A DNA stretch of 64,000 nt from contig CBFHOT010000003.1 of NCBI GenBank assembly GCA_965657465.1, positions 1,460 to 65,459 of the forward strand, written 5' to 3'. A program made the translations under genes and the position numbers. Source of the stretch: Cyanobacteriota bacterium. GTDB taxonomy: Bacteria; Cyanobacteriota; Cyanobacteriia; PCC-6307; Cyanobiaceae. The notes beneath the pieces are model-generated. The model saw only the letters and a list, made by a program, of their open reading frames with translations. It ran no database searches and was not told the origin of the DNA. This document shows positions 10,882 through 22,073 of the stretch, piece after piece. The number at the start of each line of letters is the position of its first letter. Positions within the stretch are counted from its first letter, which is position 1.

Positions 10882-12120
10882 ATGGCTGGCTATCTCGACT
10901 GGGCCATTCTGGCGGCGTTTCTGTTTGGTTACGCCCTGCTTTCTGGACGTCTACAGCAGACGCCTGTGTCGGCGGCCATGGTGTTTTTGCTCGGTGGTTG
11001 GGTGTTGAGCCCATCACTGCTGGGTTGGTTGCATCTCTCTCTCGATTCCGAGGGGCTTCGCATCCTCACCGAATTCACCCTGGCGCTGATCCTCTTCACG
11101 GATGCCGCCAAGGCCAATCTGGCGATGCTGCGCAACAGCGCCCGTCTACCGATCCGCTTGCTGGGCCTGGGGCTGCCGCTCACGATCGTGGTCGGTGCCC
11201 TGCTGGCGCATCTTCTTTTCCCCGCCTGGCCCCTGGCGGAGGCGGGCATCCTGGCGGTGGCCCTCGCGCCCACCGATGCCGCCCTTGGCCAACCGGTGGT
11301 CACCAATCCCGCCGTGCCGGCTCCCCTGCGCGAAGACCTCAGCGCTGAGAGCGGTCTCAATGACGGCATCTGTGTGCCGTTTCTGCTCTTTCTGCTCACC
11401 CTGACCTCCGGCAGCCTGCAGCCTTCTCAGCAGGTTCCCCTGCTCGGGCAGTTCTTCCTCGCTCAGATCGGTGTGGGTGTGCTGGTGGGGGTGTTGCTGG
11501 CGATGGTCGGCTGCACCCTGCGCGACCGCTGTCTGGAACGGCGCTGGATCGCCCGGGACTGGCGCCCGCTGCTGGCGGTGGCTCTGCCTGTGCTCGCCTT
11601 CACCCTGGCCCAGCTTCTGGGCGGCAGCGGTTTCATCGCCTGCTTCTGCGCCGGCCTGGCCATGGCGGGGCTGACCCGTCGCCCCCAGGAGCAGGACCTG
11701 GTAGCGGCAGAAGGTGCCGGCGATGTGCTTTCGCTGATCACCTGGATGGCGTTTGGAGCCGTGGTGCTGCCGCGCGCGCTGGCCGCCATGACCCCGACGG
11801 CCCTCGTCTATGCCCTGCTCAGCCTGACCGTGGTGCGGATTCTGCCCGTGGCGCTGGCCCTGGCTCCGATGGGTCTGCGCTGGAGCACCACCCTGTTCAT
11901 CGGTTGGTTCGGTCCCCGGGGCCTGGCCACGATCGTCTTTGCAGTGATGGTGCTGGAGCGCGATCTGCCCCACGGCCAGCAGATCGCTGGGGTGATGGCC
12001 CTCACCGTGGCCATCAGCGTGATGGCCCACGGCTTCAGCGCCGTGCCCCTGGTGCAGCGGTTCAGCCGTGCCACGGGTGCTGGTGGCAGTGCCGCCCAGG
12101 GGGTGTTTCGCGGCCTCTGA
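10882..12120 (+). CDS. Cation:proton antiporter (CPA1/NhaP-like)
   Basis: LFTDA, APTDAALG, AESGLNDG, GWFGPRGLA motifs; many TM segments. Confidence 0.92.
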   Translation: MAGYLDWAILAAFLFGYALLSGRLQQTPVSAAMVFLLGGWVLSPSLLGWLHLSLDSEGLRILTEFTLALILFTDAAKANLAMLRNSARLPIRLLGLGLPLTIVVGALLAHLLFPAWPLAEAGILAVALAPTDAALGQPVVTNPAVPAPLREDLSAESGLNDGICVPFLLFLLTLTSGSLQPSQQVPLLGQFFLAQIGVGVLVGVLLAMVGCTLRDRCLERRWIARDWRPLLAVALPVLAFTLAQLLGGSGFIACFCAGLAMAGLTRRPQEQDLVAAEGAGDVLSLITWMAFGAVVLPRALAAMTPTALVYALLSLTVVRILPVALALAPMGLRWSTTLFIGWFGPRGLATIVFAVMVLERDLPHGQQIAGVMALTVAISVMAHGFSAVPLVQRFSRATGAGGSAAQGVFRGL

Positions 12121-12123
12121 GGG

Positions 12124-13662
12124 TCAGTTGCTCGTTGTGCTTCCGCTCGGTGGGGTTGGGGTCGCTTCGATCAAGGGCCGGGCTGCGTCCCCCCAGCCCC
12201 CCGGGGGCAGCAGCTGCGGTGCACCCTGGGCGGGCCGCGCCGCCTCGCCGGCTGCCCCCACCGCTTGCACCCAGGTCAGCATCAGGCCCCCCAGCACCGG
12301 CGATCCAGCCTCGGCGCCGGGGCGCAGATTGAAGTGGGTGCCGCCATTGGCCAGCACCAGCTGGTGGCCGCGTTTCTGAGGCTGCTGTTGGAACGGGCTG
12401 AGGGCTTCCGGCCCGAAGGGCACCACCCAGTCCCGGGAGCCGCTCACCACCACCGCCCGGGCGTGCATCCCTGCGGAGGCTCCCTGGTCGAACAGCAGCC
12501 GCATCGGCGGGCTCACCGCCGCCACCCCCAGCACCCGCCGGTCGGGGTGGCTTCCCCCGGTGGCGGCCCGCAGGAAGCTGCATTGCAGCACCCAGCTCAC
12601 GTTGGTTTCGGGGTCATTGAGGTTGCCGCAGCGCCGTCCCAGTCGGCTGTCGCTGGGTTTCAGGCCCGCCAGTTGCAGGGCGGTGATCGCCCCCCAGGAG
12701 TGACCCAGCACGACCGTGCCCTGCACGGGCAGCCGGCCGTTCGCCAGCTGGCCCGCCGCCGCTGCATCCAGCAGGGCGCTGATGTCGAGCGGGCGCAGCC
12801 CCAACTCCTCCGGCGCTGGCGGCGGGATGGCGCCGCTCAGCATCGCCGCCTGCTGGCTGCGATCGCTGCCGGGATGTTCCGGCAGCAGCACGGCGTAGCC
12901 ATGGCTCGCCAGGTGGCGTCCCCAGCCCTCAAAGTTGACCGGGCTGTCCCACAGGCCATGGGAGATCACCACCAGCCCCTTGGGGTTGACGCCTTCCGGC
13001 AGCAGGATCACGGCACGCAGGGGCTGCGCCCGGTGGGCAACCTTCAGCTGCCGCTCCTGGCGCTGCACGACCCACGGGCCGGGCGCGCTGCGGGCTGCAT
13101 CGATGCTCACCGGTTCTCGCTCGGCCAGCAACGCCATCGCTGGCTGCTGCTGCCGATGCAGGCGATCGAGCACGAACAGCGCCCGCTGCAGGTCGATGGA
13201 GGCTCGCTGCCCCGGCATCGCCTGCAGGAGACGCACCAGCGTGACGCTGCCCTGCTGTTCACTGCGGGTCAGCGCGGCCGACAGGGTCTGTCCGCTGAGG
13301 TCCGTGGGCAGGCCGTCCACCTGCACAAGCGCCGTGGTGGCCAGCAGGGCCTCATGCAGCAGCGGCGAGCCCACGGAGGCCTCCAGGCCGCGGCTCACCC
13401 CGGCCGGCAGTTGGATCGGTTGGTTGAACAGGCGCAGCACCATCTCCCCGATGCGCCCGTCGCTGGCCCGGTCGAGTTCAGCCAGATCGCTGGAGCCGCT
13501 CAGCAGCGCCTCGGCGCTGCTGAGCTCGCTCAGGTTGAGCACCAGCTTGTCCTCGATCAGCGGCAGCTTCAGTTCCAGCTCCTCCACCGCCTGCGCTGGG
13601 GCGGCTGCGCTGGTGAGGCCGAGTGCTAGCAGCAGGCTCTTGCTGATGACCTGTCGCCGCAT
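12124..13662 (-). CDS. DUF1400-domain alpha/beta hydrolase
   Basis: Signal peptide then AVEEL; ISHGLW, GHSWG nucleophile elbow, GGTHFN. Confidence 0.85.
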   Translation of the reverse strand: MRRQVISKSLLLALGLTSAAAPAQAVEELELKLPLIEDKLVLNLSELSSAEALLSGSSDLAELDRASDGRIGEMVLRLFNQPIQLPAGVSRGLEASVGSPLLHEALLATTALVQVDGLPTDLSGQTLSAALTRSEQQGSVTLVRLLQAMPGQRASIDLQRALFVLDRLHRQQQPAMALLAEREPVSIDAARSAPGPWVVQRQERQLKVAHRAQPLRAVILLPEGVNPKGLVVISHGLWDSPVNFEGWGRHLASHGYAVLLPEHPGSDRSQQAAMLSGAIPPPAPEELGLRPLDISALLDAAAAGQLANGRLPVQGTVVLGHSWGAITALQLAGLKPSDSRLGRRCGNLNDPETNVSWVLQCSFLRAATGGSHPDRRVLGVAAVSPPMRLLFDQGASAGMHARAVVVSGSRDWVVPFGPEALSPFQQQPQKRGHQLVLANGGTHFNLRPGAEAGSPVLGGLMLTWVQAVGAAGEAARPAQGAPQLLPPGGWGDAARPLIEATPTPPSGSTTSN

Positions 13663-13810
13663 CCGCCGTCGTCCATGTGCGGCGCACTGTACGGATGCTG
13701 TTCAGGTTCGGCAGGCCCGGTTCCCTGCAGGCCCGGCGGCTCCGCTGCTGGTGATGGGATGCTCACAGCGATGTGCCTTCCCGGCGGTTCCGGATCGTTC
13801 ACGGCTCGTC

Positions 13811-15685
13811 ATGACACAGCGCTCTGCACCGGTGCTCCGTCGCCGTGTTTCTGCCCTGGCGGTTCTGCCGCTGCTGCACGCTGGCCTGCCTCTGCAGGCC
13901 AATCCCCTGCAGGAAGGTCGCCAGCGCTTTCAGCCGGAGTGGTCGGCTGCTGGCATGGTGGCCAGCCAGGAGCGCCTCGCCTCCGAGGCGGGGGCGGCGG
14001 TGCTGCGCCAGGGGGGCAACGCCGTGGATGCGGCGGTGGCCACGGCCTTCGCCCTGGCGGTGACCCTGCCCCAGGCCGGCAACCTCGGCGGCGGTGGCTT
14101 CGCCGTGCTCTGGCTGCCGGGCCCCTCGCCCGCGCGTCAGCGGGGCTGCCTGGCCGGCGCTGCCCCGGCGGCTGCGCGCAACCCTGAGCTGGCGATCGGC
14201 GGCGGTGTGGCCGTGGCGGTGAACTTCCGCGAAACGGCGCCCCTGGCGGCCACGCCAACGATGTTTCTGGGTGCGGATGGCCGGGTGGATCGCCAGCGGG
14301 CCAGCCGCAGCCTGCTCAGCACCGCCGTACCCGGCACGCCCGCCGGTTTGCTGCTGGCCCAGCGCTGCTACGGCCGTCTGACCCTGGCTCAGGTGATGGC
14401 GCCGGCGATCCAGCTGGCCGACCAGGGCTTCGTGGTGGGGCCCGAACTCAGCCGCTCCTTGCGCCAGGCGGCACCGCTGCTGCAGGCGGATCCCAGCTCG
14501 CGCGCCCTGTTCTTCAAGCCGCCGCACCGCCCTGGCGCCGACCCCCAGCCCTACAGCCCTGGGGAGCGTCTGCGCCAGCCCCAGCTGGCCGTCAGCCTGC
14601 GCCGCATCGCCACCGGCGGCGAAGCCGGGTTTTATCGCGGGGCAACCGCCCGGGCCTTGGTGCAGCTGATGCGGCAGCGGGGTGGCCTGATCGTTCAGGC
14701 CGATCTCGATGCCTACCGGGCCCAGCTGGTGCGGCCCCTGCTCGGCCGCTTCCGCGGCGCCAGCGTGCTGGGCATGCCGCCGCCGAGCAGCGGTGGTGTG
14801 ACGCTGCTGCAGCTGCTGCAGATCCTCGAACCGCTGCCCCTGGAGCGCTGGGGCCTGAACAGCGCCGCCGGCATTCATGCCCTGGTGGAGGCGATGAACC
14901 TGGCCTACCGCGACCGCAACCACTGGCTCGGTGATCCCGATCAGGTGGCGATGCCGCTGGATCGCCTGCTCAGCCCCACCTACGCCGCGGCGCAGCGCCG
15001 CCAGCTGGATCTGCAGCGCCATCGCCCCGCGGCCAGTCTCGCTGCGCCTGGGCCGGCCGGCCGGGAGGGACCCAACACCACCCACCTCTCGGTGGCCGAT
15101 CGGGATGGCGGGCTGGTGGCCCTCACCACCACCCTCAACTTCGCCTATGGCAATGGCGTCAGCGTGCCGGGCGCTGGCTTCCTGCTCAACAACGAGATGG
15201 ACGATTTCAGTGCCAGTCCCGGTCAGCCCAATGCCTTCGGCCTGGTGCAGGGGGAGGCCAATGCCATCGCCCCGGGCAAGCGACCGCTCAGCTCGATGAG
15301 CCCCACCCTCGTGTTCCGCGCCGATGGCACCCCCTGGCTGGCCACCGGCAGCCCTGGCGGCAGCCGCATCATCACCACCGTGCTGCAGGTGCTGCTCGGC
15401 CGGCTGGTGCACGGCCTCAACCTGGCTGCGTCGGTGGCCAGCCCCCGGGTGCACAGCCAGCTCTGGCCGGATCAGATCAGCCATGAGCAGGGGATCAGCC
15501 CCGACACCCTGGAGCTGCTGCAGCGGCGCGGCCACCAGCTGCAGCTGACGCCGGCGATGGGTTCGGCCAACAGCGTCGAAGTGCTCCCCGCCGGCGGCGG
15601 CAGCCTGGGGGTGGCCGATCCGCGCCGGCTGGGGGCGGCCGCTGTGGCCGAGAGCCTCAGTTCGCCGGTGCGCTCGGCGCCGTGA
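13811..15685 (+). CDS. ggt: Gamma-glutamyltransferase
   Basis: GGNAVDAAVA, GNLGGGGF, NTTHLSV (autocleavage Thr), LNNEMDDF, KRPLSSMSP, GSPGGSRI. Confidence 0.95.
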   Translation: MTQRSAPVLRRRVSALAVLPLLHAGLPLQANPLQEGRQRFQPEWSAAGMVASQERLASEAGAAVLRQGGNAVDAAVATAFALAVTLPQAGNLGGGGFAVLWLPGPSPARQRGCLAGAAPAAARNPELAIGGGVAVAVNFRETAPLAATPTMFLGADGRVDRQRASRSLLSTAVPGTPAGLLLAQRCYGRLTLAQVMAPAIQLADQGFVVGPELSRSLRQAAPLLQADPSSRALFFKPPHRPGADPQPYSPGERLRQPQLAVSLRRIATGGEAGFYRGATARALVQLMRQRGGLIVQADLDAYRAQLVRPLLGRFRGASVLGMPPPSSGGVTLLQLLQILEPLPLERWGLNSAAGIHALVEAMNLAYRDRNHWLGDPDQVAMPLDRLLSPTYAAAQRRQLDLQRHRPAASLAAPGPAGREGPNTTHLSVADRDGGLVALTTTLNFAYGNGVSVPGAGFLLNNEMDDFSASPGQPNAFGLVQGEANAIAPGKRPLSSMSPTLVFRADGTPWLATGSPGGSRIITTVLQVLLGRLVHGLNLAASVASPRVHSQLWPDQISHEQGISPDTLELLQRRGHQLQLTPAMGSANSVEVLPAGGGSLGVADPRRLGAAAVAESLSSPVRSAP

Positions 15686-15763
15686 GCAGGTTCAGCAAGA
15701 CTTGGATCACAGGACGGTCATGCCTCGTGCCGCCAGGACATCCTCGCCCCTTGCCTCAAACCG

Positions 15764-16846
15764 ATGCTCTCCCTTCCCGATGGAACCTGCATCGACGAGG
15801 CCTGGCTGGCGCGGCAGCTGGGTCAGGCTGTCGATGAGTTCTCCTTGGAACCGCTTGGGGTTGCCCAGGGTCTGGTGTCTCGCACCGTGCGCTTGCGACC
15901 GAAGGGCCCGGGCGAGGCATTGCCGCCGTCGTTGATCCTCAAGATCGATACGGATGATCCGGTGGGTCGCGATCTGGCCCAGTTCATGCAGGCCTTCCGG
16001 CGTGAGGGTGGCTTCTACCTGCACTGCGGAGGCGAACTGGCGCGGGTGACGCCCCGCTGCTTTGCCAGCGGCGATGGCGTTGGGGACGACAGTCGCTGAC
16101 TGCTGCTGGAGGATCTCTCGGCGATGCGGGTCGGCAATCAGGTTCGCGGCCTCTCGGCTGCGGCCATCAGCCCGGTGATCGACGCGATCGCTCTGATGCA
16201 CGCCCGCTTCTGGCAGGCTGCCGAACTCCAGGCTCAAGGCTGGCTGCCGGCCCACGATTTCTGGTTCAAGGGCACTCCGGAGCTGCTCGCCACTGACCAC
16301 CGCCCCTTTCTGGAGGATTACGCCCTGCGGGTGGAGCCCGATGCGCTGGTGGTGGTGGAGCAGATGATCCAGCGATCGCCGCTGATTGATGAGGCCATCG
16401 CCCACCGGCCCTGGACTCTGGTGCATGGTGATCTGCGGGCTGAGAATCTGCTGTTTGCGCAGAACGCGGAACAGCGTGAAGTGGCGCTGATCGATTGGGG
16501 AACCTGCACGCGGTCACTGGCCGCCATCGACCTGGCCTTCCTGATCGGGGGCAGCATGCCAATGCCTGCTCGACGGGGGCGGATCCCTGCGCTGCTGAAG
16601 CGGTGGCACCAGGGGCTGGTGCGTCATGGAGTCCGCGATGACTCGGTGGAACAAGCCTGGAGCGACCTTCAACTCGCGTCCCTGCGCTGCCTTTCGGCGG
16701 TGCTGCTGCTGCATCACTGGCAGTTGAATCCCAACGTGGATGCCCAGGTGCTGCTGCTGGAGGACGAAGAGATCGAGCGCTACTGCGCGTTGGTGGTTGA
16801 GCTGCGTGCCCTTGAGGCTCTGCCGGTGGTTCCCCCTGGCTCCTGA
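15764..16846 (+). pseudogene. Aminoglycoside-phosphotransferase/choline-kinase-like protein interrupted by one in-frame TGA
   Basis: ORFs 15764-16099 and 16124-16846 are in the same frame; reads DDSR*LLLEDL; retains LILK, HGDLRAEN and LIDWG kinase motifs. Confidence 0.8.
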
Positions 16847-16971
16847 TGCTGATCGGGCCGCAGGGTGGAGTGGAGTTGCCTCAGCTCGCCGGCTGCTCCG
16901 TGCTCGGCTGTTGATCCGGTTGACAGCCCCTGCCAGGCGGAGGAGCGTGAAGCAACCTCGGTCTGCATCCC

Positions 16972-17406
16972 GTGGCCACAGCGCGCATCATTGAGTCCCA
17001 GCAGCGACCCGAGGCGATGCGCATCGCCGGGTTCGACATTCAGGCCCTGATCTCTGGCGATCAGGCTCAGGCTTTTGAAGTGTTCTTCACTACGGGCCGC
17101 GACGGTGCCGGAGCGGCTCCCCATGCCCATCCCTGGGACGAAACCTTCTACGTGATCCGAGGACCAGTGCTGTTCGGCATCGGCGACCAGGAGCAGTGGA
17201 TCGCCGCTGGAACGCTTGTCCATGTGGCCGGTGGCGAACGGCATTGGTATCGCTTTGATGAGGAGGAAGGGCAGTTCCTCTCCGTCACGTCGGGCAAGGC
17301 CGCTGCACCGATGTACCGCGATCTGGCGGCCTTGCCCGTTGAAGCCTCTCGCAGCGATTACCGCGCTGTGGCGATCCGGCACGGTCAGCAGGCACTGCCC
17401 TCCTGA
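16972..17406 (+). CDS. Cupin domain protein
   Basis: PHAHPWDETFYVIRG and AGTLVHVAGGERH cupin motifs. Confidence 0.88.
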   Translation: MATARIIESQQRPEAMRIAGFDIQALISGDQAQAFEVFFTTGRDGAGAAPHAHPWDETFYVIRGPVLFGIGDQEQWIAAGTLVHVAGGERHWYRFDEEEGQFLSVTSGKAAAPMYRDLAALPVEASRSDYRAVAIRHGQQALPS

Positions 17407-17416
17407 GTCCGAAGCC

Positions 17417-17448
17417 CAGGGCTGAGCGCCGCATGGCGGTCAGCCCTG
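17417..17448. terminator. Hairpin between convergent genes (possible terminator)
   Basis: cagggctga...tcagccctg inverted repeat; no clear U-tract. Confidence 0.35.
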
Positions 17449-18747
17449 AGCCAGCACAGCTCGATAGGCGCGTTCCAGGTCGGCTGCTGCCTGGGGGGCA
17501 TGCTCTGCCAGCAAGTCCAGCCTGGTCTGCCGGCCGGTCCGGGGGCGGATGCCCGTGCTGCTCAGGGTGTCCTGGAACCAGACATTGCGCTCGATCTCAC
17601 TGCCAGGCAGCACGAAGGCCTCCGGGATGTTGATGAGGTCCCTGAGGCGCTCGGGATCCCAGTTCCGGCTGCGCAATGTCTTGATCCAGGGGATCGTCCG
17701 GGCCAGCTCGCTGCAATAGGCATCCGGCTGCTCCAGCAGCGCGTCGAAATCCACCCGGTGGGTGGATGCGGGGAGCCGATCGCGGGCCAGCTGCAGGTAG
17801 CGCTCCGTGTTGGCGTAGCTGATCTGCATGATGCTCAGACAGTGTCGCCAGATCCGCTGGCCCGCCTCCTGGAGATCAGTTGCCGTGAGCCGGTCGCCGG
17901 CCTTCTTGCCCACGAAGCTGAGCAGGCGCTGCAGATCGATGCGATCAGCGCTGTCCCTGAAGCCGGTCGTTGCCCAGCTGCTGAGGCAGGTGAGTGCTTG
18001 CTCCGGATCGCCAGCTTTGGCTGCAGGGGCCAGCAGCAGCATCACCACCTCGGCGATCTCCCGGTTGGTGATGGTGCCGGCTGCGCTCAGAAAGTGCACG
18101 GTGCGGCGCAGCAGAAACGAGTGGAAGCAGTCGTCGGGTCGCCTTGTGGTGAACACAAGGCTGCCGTCGCTGTCCTGCACAAGTGCCAGGAGGCGTAGGA
18201 ACTCGCCTTCGTTGCGGTTGTAGGTGTGTTCCTTGATCGTGAGGAGCAGGGGTGGCTGATCCGGCGCCGGGAACCGCGGGCCGTCAGCCTCGCGATCAAG
18301 GCTCTGCAGCAGATCCTCCAGATCGTTCAGCAGGGCGGCATCGAAGCTGGCGTCGTAGCGGCCCGATGCATCGGCGACCCTGGGCTGCCGCAGGCGCCGG
18401 GCCAGCTCGCTGTGGCGCTCGATCCAGCCGTCGTTGCAGCCCCCGGCGCGTACCAGTTCCTGCAGGTGCCACTGCAGCCAGGCCAGCTGGACGGTGATCA
18501 GCAGCAGCCGGTCCATGTCGACCTCGCTGCGGGGATTATCTGCCTGGTCGTGACGACACCCGGGCAGGACCCCCAGGTTGCCGGGCTCATTGACCAAACC
18601 GATGGCTTGGCGTCCTTCGGCAAGCTCGGCGCAGCCCAGGCTGATCAGCAGCATCGTTCCCCCGTGGCGGGGGCTGGACGCCACCACGTTCAGCTGGATC
18701 CGCCGGTGGCAAAGGAAGGCTCTGAGCCGGGTGTGCAGGTCGACCAT
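17440..18747 (-). CDS. Hypothetical protein, divergent sulfotransferase-like
   Basis: VVASSPRHGGTML, VNEP, IKEH, VFTTRRPDDCFHS, VDFDALLEQP occur in the order of PAPS-binding sulfotransferase motifs. Confidence 0.55.
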   Translation of the reverse strand: MVDLHTRLRAFLCHRRIQLNVVASSPRHGGTMLLISLGCAELAEGRQAIGLVNEPGNLGVLPGCRHDQADNPRSEVDMDRLLLITVQLAWLQWHLQELVRAGGCNDGWIERHSELARRLRQPRVADASGRYDASFDAALLNDLEDLLQSLDREADGPRFPAPDQPPLLLTIKEHTYNRNEGEFLRLLALVQDSDGSLVFTTRRPDDCFHSFLLRRTVHFLSAAGTITNREIAEVVMLLLAPAAKAGDPEQALTCLSSWATTGFRDSADRIDLQRLLSFVGKKAGDRLTATDLQEAGQRIWRHCLSIMQISYANTERYLQLARDRLPASTHRVDFDALLEQPDAYCSELARTIPWIKTLRSRNWDPERLRDLINIPEAFVLPGSEIERNVWFQDTLSSTGIRPRTGRQTRLDLLAEHAPQAAADLERAYRAVLAQG

Positions 18748-19071
18748 CGGCCCGTTTCCTTGGGGTGCCTGCAACGATCGCAGGAAGGCAGAAGGTATCC
18801 AACGGCTTCCACCCGTTTGGCTCACCAACCCTTCCCGTGGTGCAGAAGGAGCGGATCGGCCCTGGCTGCTTTCAGGTGCGGATCCGTGAGGGTGTGGTTG
18901 CGCGTCTCAGCGTGATTGGCAAGGCATCACCAACTTCGGCTCAGCCCGGATGCCTTCGGCTGCATTCCCGTTGATGGGGTGCTGATGGATCGGCGCATCG
19001 TCGTGCGTCCCGAATGCCCACGCTGGCCTGGCCGGGCGTGATCAGGATCGACGGACTGCCAGGCTCGGCCT

Positions 19072-20376
19072 TCAGAGCAGCGTCAGGGCGAACAGCAGCA
19101 CGAACAGGCTCAGCACCACCAAGCCCACCCGGGCCACCAGCAGCAGCTGTGGCCCGAAGCGATCGGCGGGGGCGACCTGGCGCCCCTGCATCACCTGCAG
19201 GTTCATCCAGGCCAGCACCGGGGTGGTGACGAAGGACACCCACATCGCCAGGGTCACCAGCGTTCCCATCGAGCCCGACCACCACAGCAGCACCGCCGCC
19301 GCCAGGGCGAAGTGCAGCAGCATCCAGAGCTGGTGATCGCGGCGGTCGTGCACCGCCGTGCCGCGGCGGCCCCGCAGCAGCTGCACCGAAGCCGAGGCTG
19401 AGCGCGGGTAGCCATCGAGGCAGGTGAGGGCTGTGCTGAACATCGTGGTGAAGCCCGCCACGGCGATCAGTGGATAGGCCCAGCCGCCGAGGCTGGCGGT
19501 GTAGAGCGTGATCAACTCCTGGGCGAAGGCGCCACCGGCGGGCGAGAACGTTCTGCCGGTGCCGTGCATCACCCAGGCTCCCAGCAGCAGGAACAGCACC
19601 GCCATCACCACGGTGGCCAGGTAGCCGAGGTTGAAGTCGGCCTCCACCTCCGGGCGGCTGCTGCGGTGGCCGGAATCCTGCTCGCGGGCGTAGATCCACA
19701 GCGATGACCAGGCCGCCAGATCCAGCGGACAGGGCATCCAGCCCATCAGCGCCACCAGGAAGGGCAGTGAGGCCCAGGTCCAGGGGTTGGGGTTGAACAG
19801 CTCGCCCAGGGGTGCTGCCGGGCCGCGCAGCAGGGTGGCGCCGGTGGCCACCACCGTGCTCATCACCAGCAGGCTCACCACCAGCTTGCTGAGGCGATCG
19901 AGGCTGCGGTAGTGGCCCAGCAGCAGCACCAGCAGGCAGAGCGCCAGCAGAGTGAGGGTCAGCGGCTGGACGCCGAAGGGCAGCAGCGCCGTGGCCAGGC
20001 TGCCGGCCACGGCGGTCACCGCCGCGATGTTGCCGACGCCGGTGGTGAGCGTGATCAGCAGATACACCGGCAGATACCAGCGGCTCTGGCGCTGGTAGCC
20101 CTCCAGCAGGCTGAGGCCGGTGACCGCCGTGAAACGGCTGCCCACCAGCAGAAAGGGGTACTTGAACAGGTTGGCCGCCAGCAGCAGCCCCAGCAGGCCG
20201 ACGCCGTAGAGGGCGCCGGCCTGGGTGGAGGCCACCAGATGGGAGCCGCCGATCGCCGCGGCGGCCAGCAGGATGCCGGGCCCGAGGGCCTGGCGCAGTC
20301 CCTGCAGGGTCAGCCCTGGCCTGGGGTTGGCCGGCGCGCTGCTCTCCTCAGGACCCACCGCAAGGTGATCGGACAT
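19072..20376 (-). CDS. NRAMP-superfamily divalent metal transporter-like membrane protein
   Basis: LGPGILLAAAAIGGSHLV, ALMGWMP, TMFSTALTCLDGYPR; multiple TM helices. Confidence 0.8.
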   Translation of the reverse strand: MSDHLAVGPEESSAPANPRPGLTLQGLRQALGPGILLAAAAIGGSHLVASTQAGALYGVGLLGLLLAANLFKYPFLLVGSRFTAVTGLSLLEGYQRQSRWYLPVYLLITLTTGVGNIAAVTAVAGSLATALLPFGVQPLTLTLLALCLLVLLLGHYRSLDRLSKLVVSLLVMSTVVATGATLLRGPAAPLGELFNPNPWTWASLPFLVALMGWMPCPLDLAAWSSLWIYAREQDSGHRSSRPEVEADFNLGYLATVVMAVLFLLLGAWVMHGTGRTFSPAGGAFAQELITLYTASLGGWAYPLIAVAGFTTMFSTALTCLDGYPRSASASVQLLRGRRGTAVHDRRDHQLWMLLHFALAAAVLLWWSGSMGTLVTLAMWVSFVTTPVLAWMNLQVMQGRQVAPADRFGPQLLLVARVGLVVLSLFVLLFALTLL

Positions 20377-20504
20377 AACGATGGCCTTGGGCGAACGCCA
20401 TAGAATTGCCGTCTCGATAGCGAACGTTGGCCACCCGGGCCAACGATCCGCCACCGAGAGCTGCTGCTCCGTGATCGCAGGTCTGTGCTGTCAGACCCGC
20501 GCGA

Positions 20505-21821
<1,317 letters not shown>

Positions 21822-22073
21822 GGCGGATACCGCGAGGGGGGTGACCGGCGCCCATCCTGACCCAGAACCCGCCGCTTCCGCTTGCCGCTGCCGTTCCGGC
21901 CCCCCAACCCCGGGCCCTGACGGGGTTTCGCTCTTACGCTGCAGCGGCTCTGCAGACCGGGACGGCCCCTGGCCGCAGCCGCTGGCCATGTTCCCCATCG
22001 CCTTGATCCGCGCGGCCTCGGCCTGCCCGAGTGCCCCCTGAGCCTGCCCCGTGAGTCGACCCCGGAGATCGCC

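Noticed and set aside
12935-13810. N-terminal extension of ggt in the ORF track
   Set aside because: Overlaps the opposite-strand hydrolase; a signal-like start exists at 13811.
16097-16140. Selenocysteine recoding of the in-frame TGA
   Set aside because: No convincing SECIS-like hairpin, the position is not a catalytic Cys site, and no sel genes are in view.
20377-20504. Riboswitch upstream of the NRAMP-like gene
   Set aside because: Only a cgttggcc/ggccaacg hairpin; no yybP-ykoY or glutamine riboswitch consensus.
21860-21940. SRP RNA-like fragment on minus strand (gtcagg...ccggaa...gcagc)
   Set aside because: Spacing and helix-8 motif do not match; would need an Infernal search to revive.
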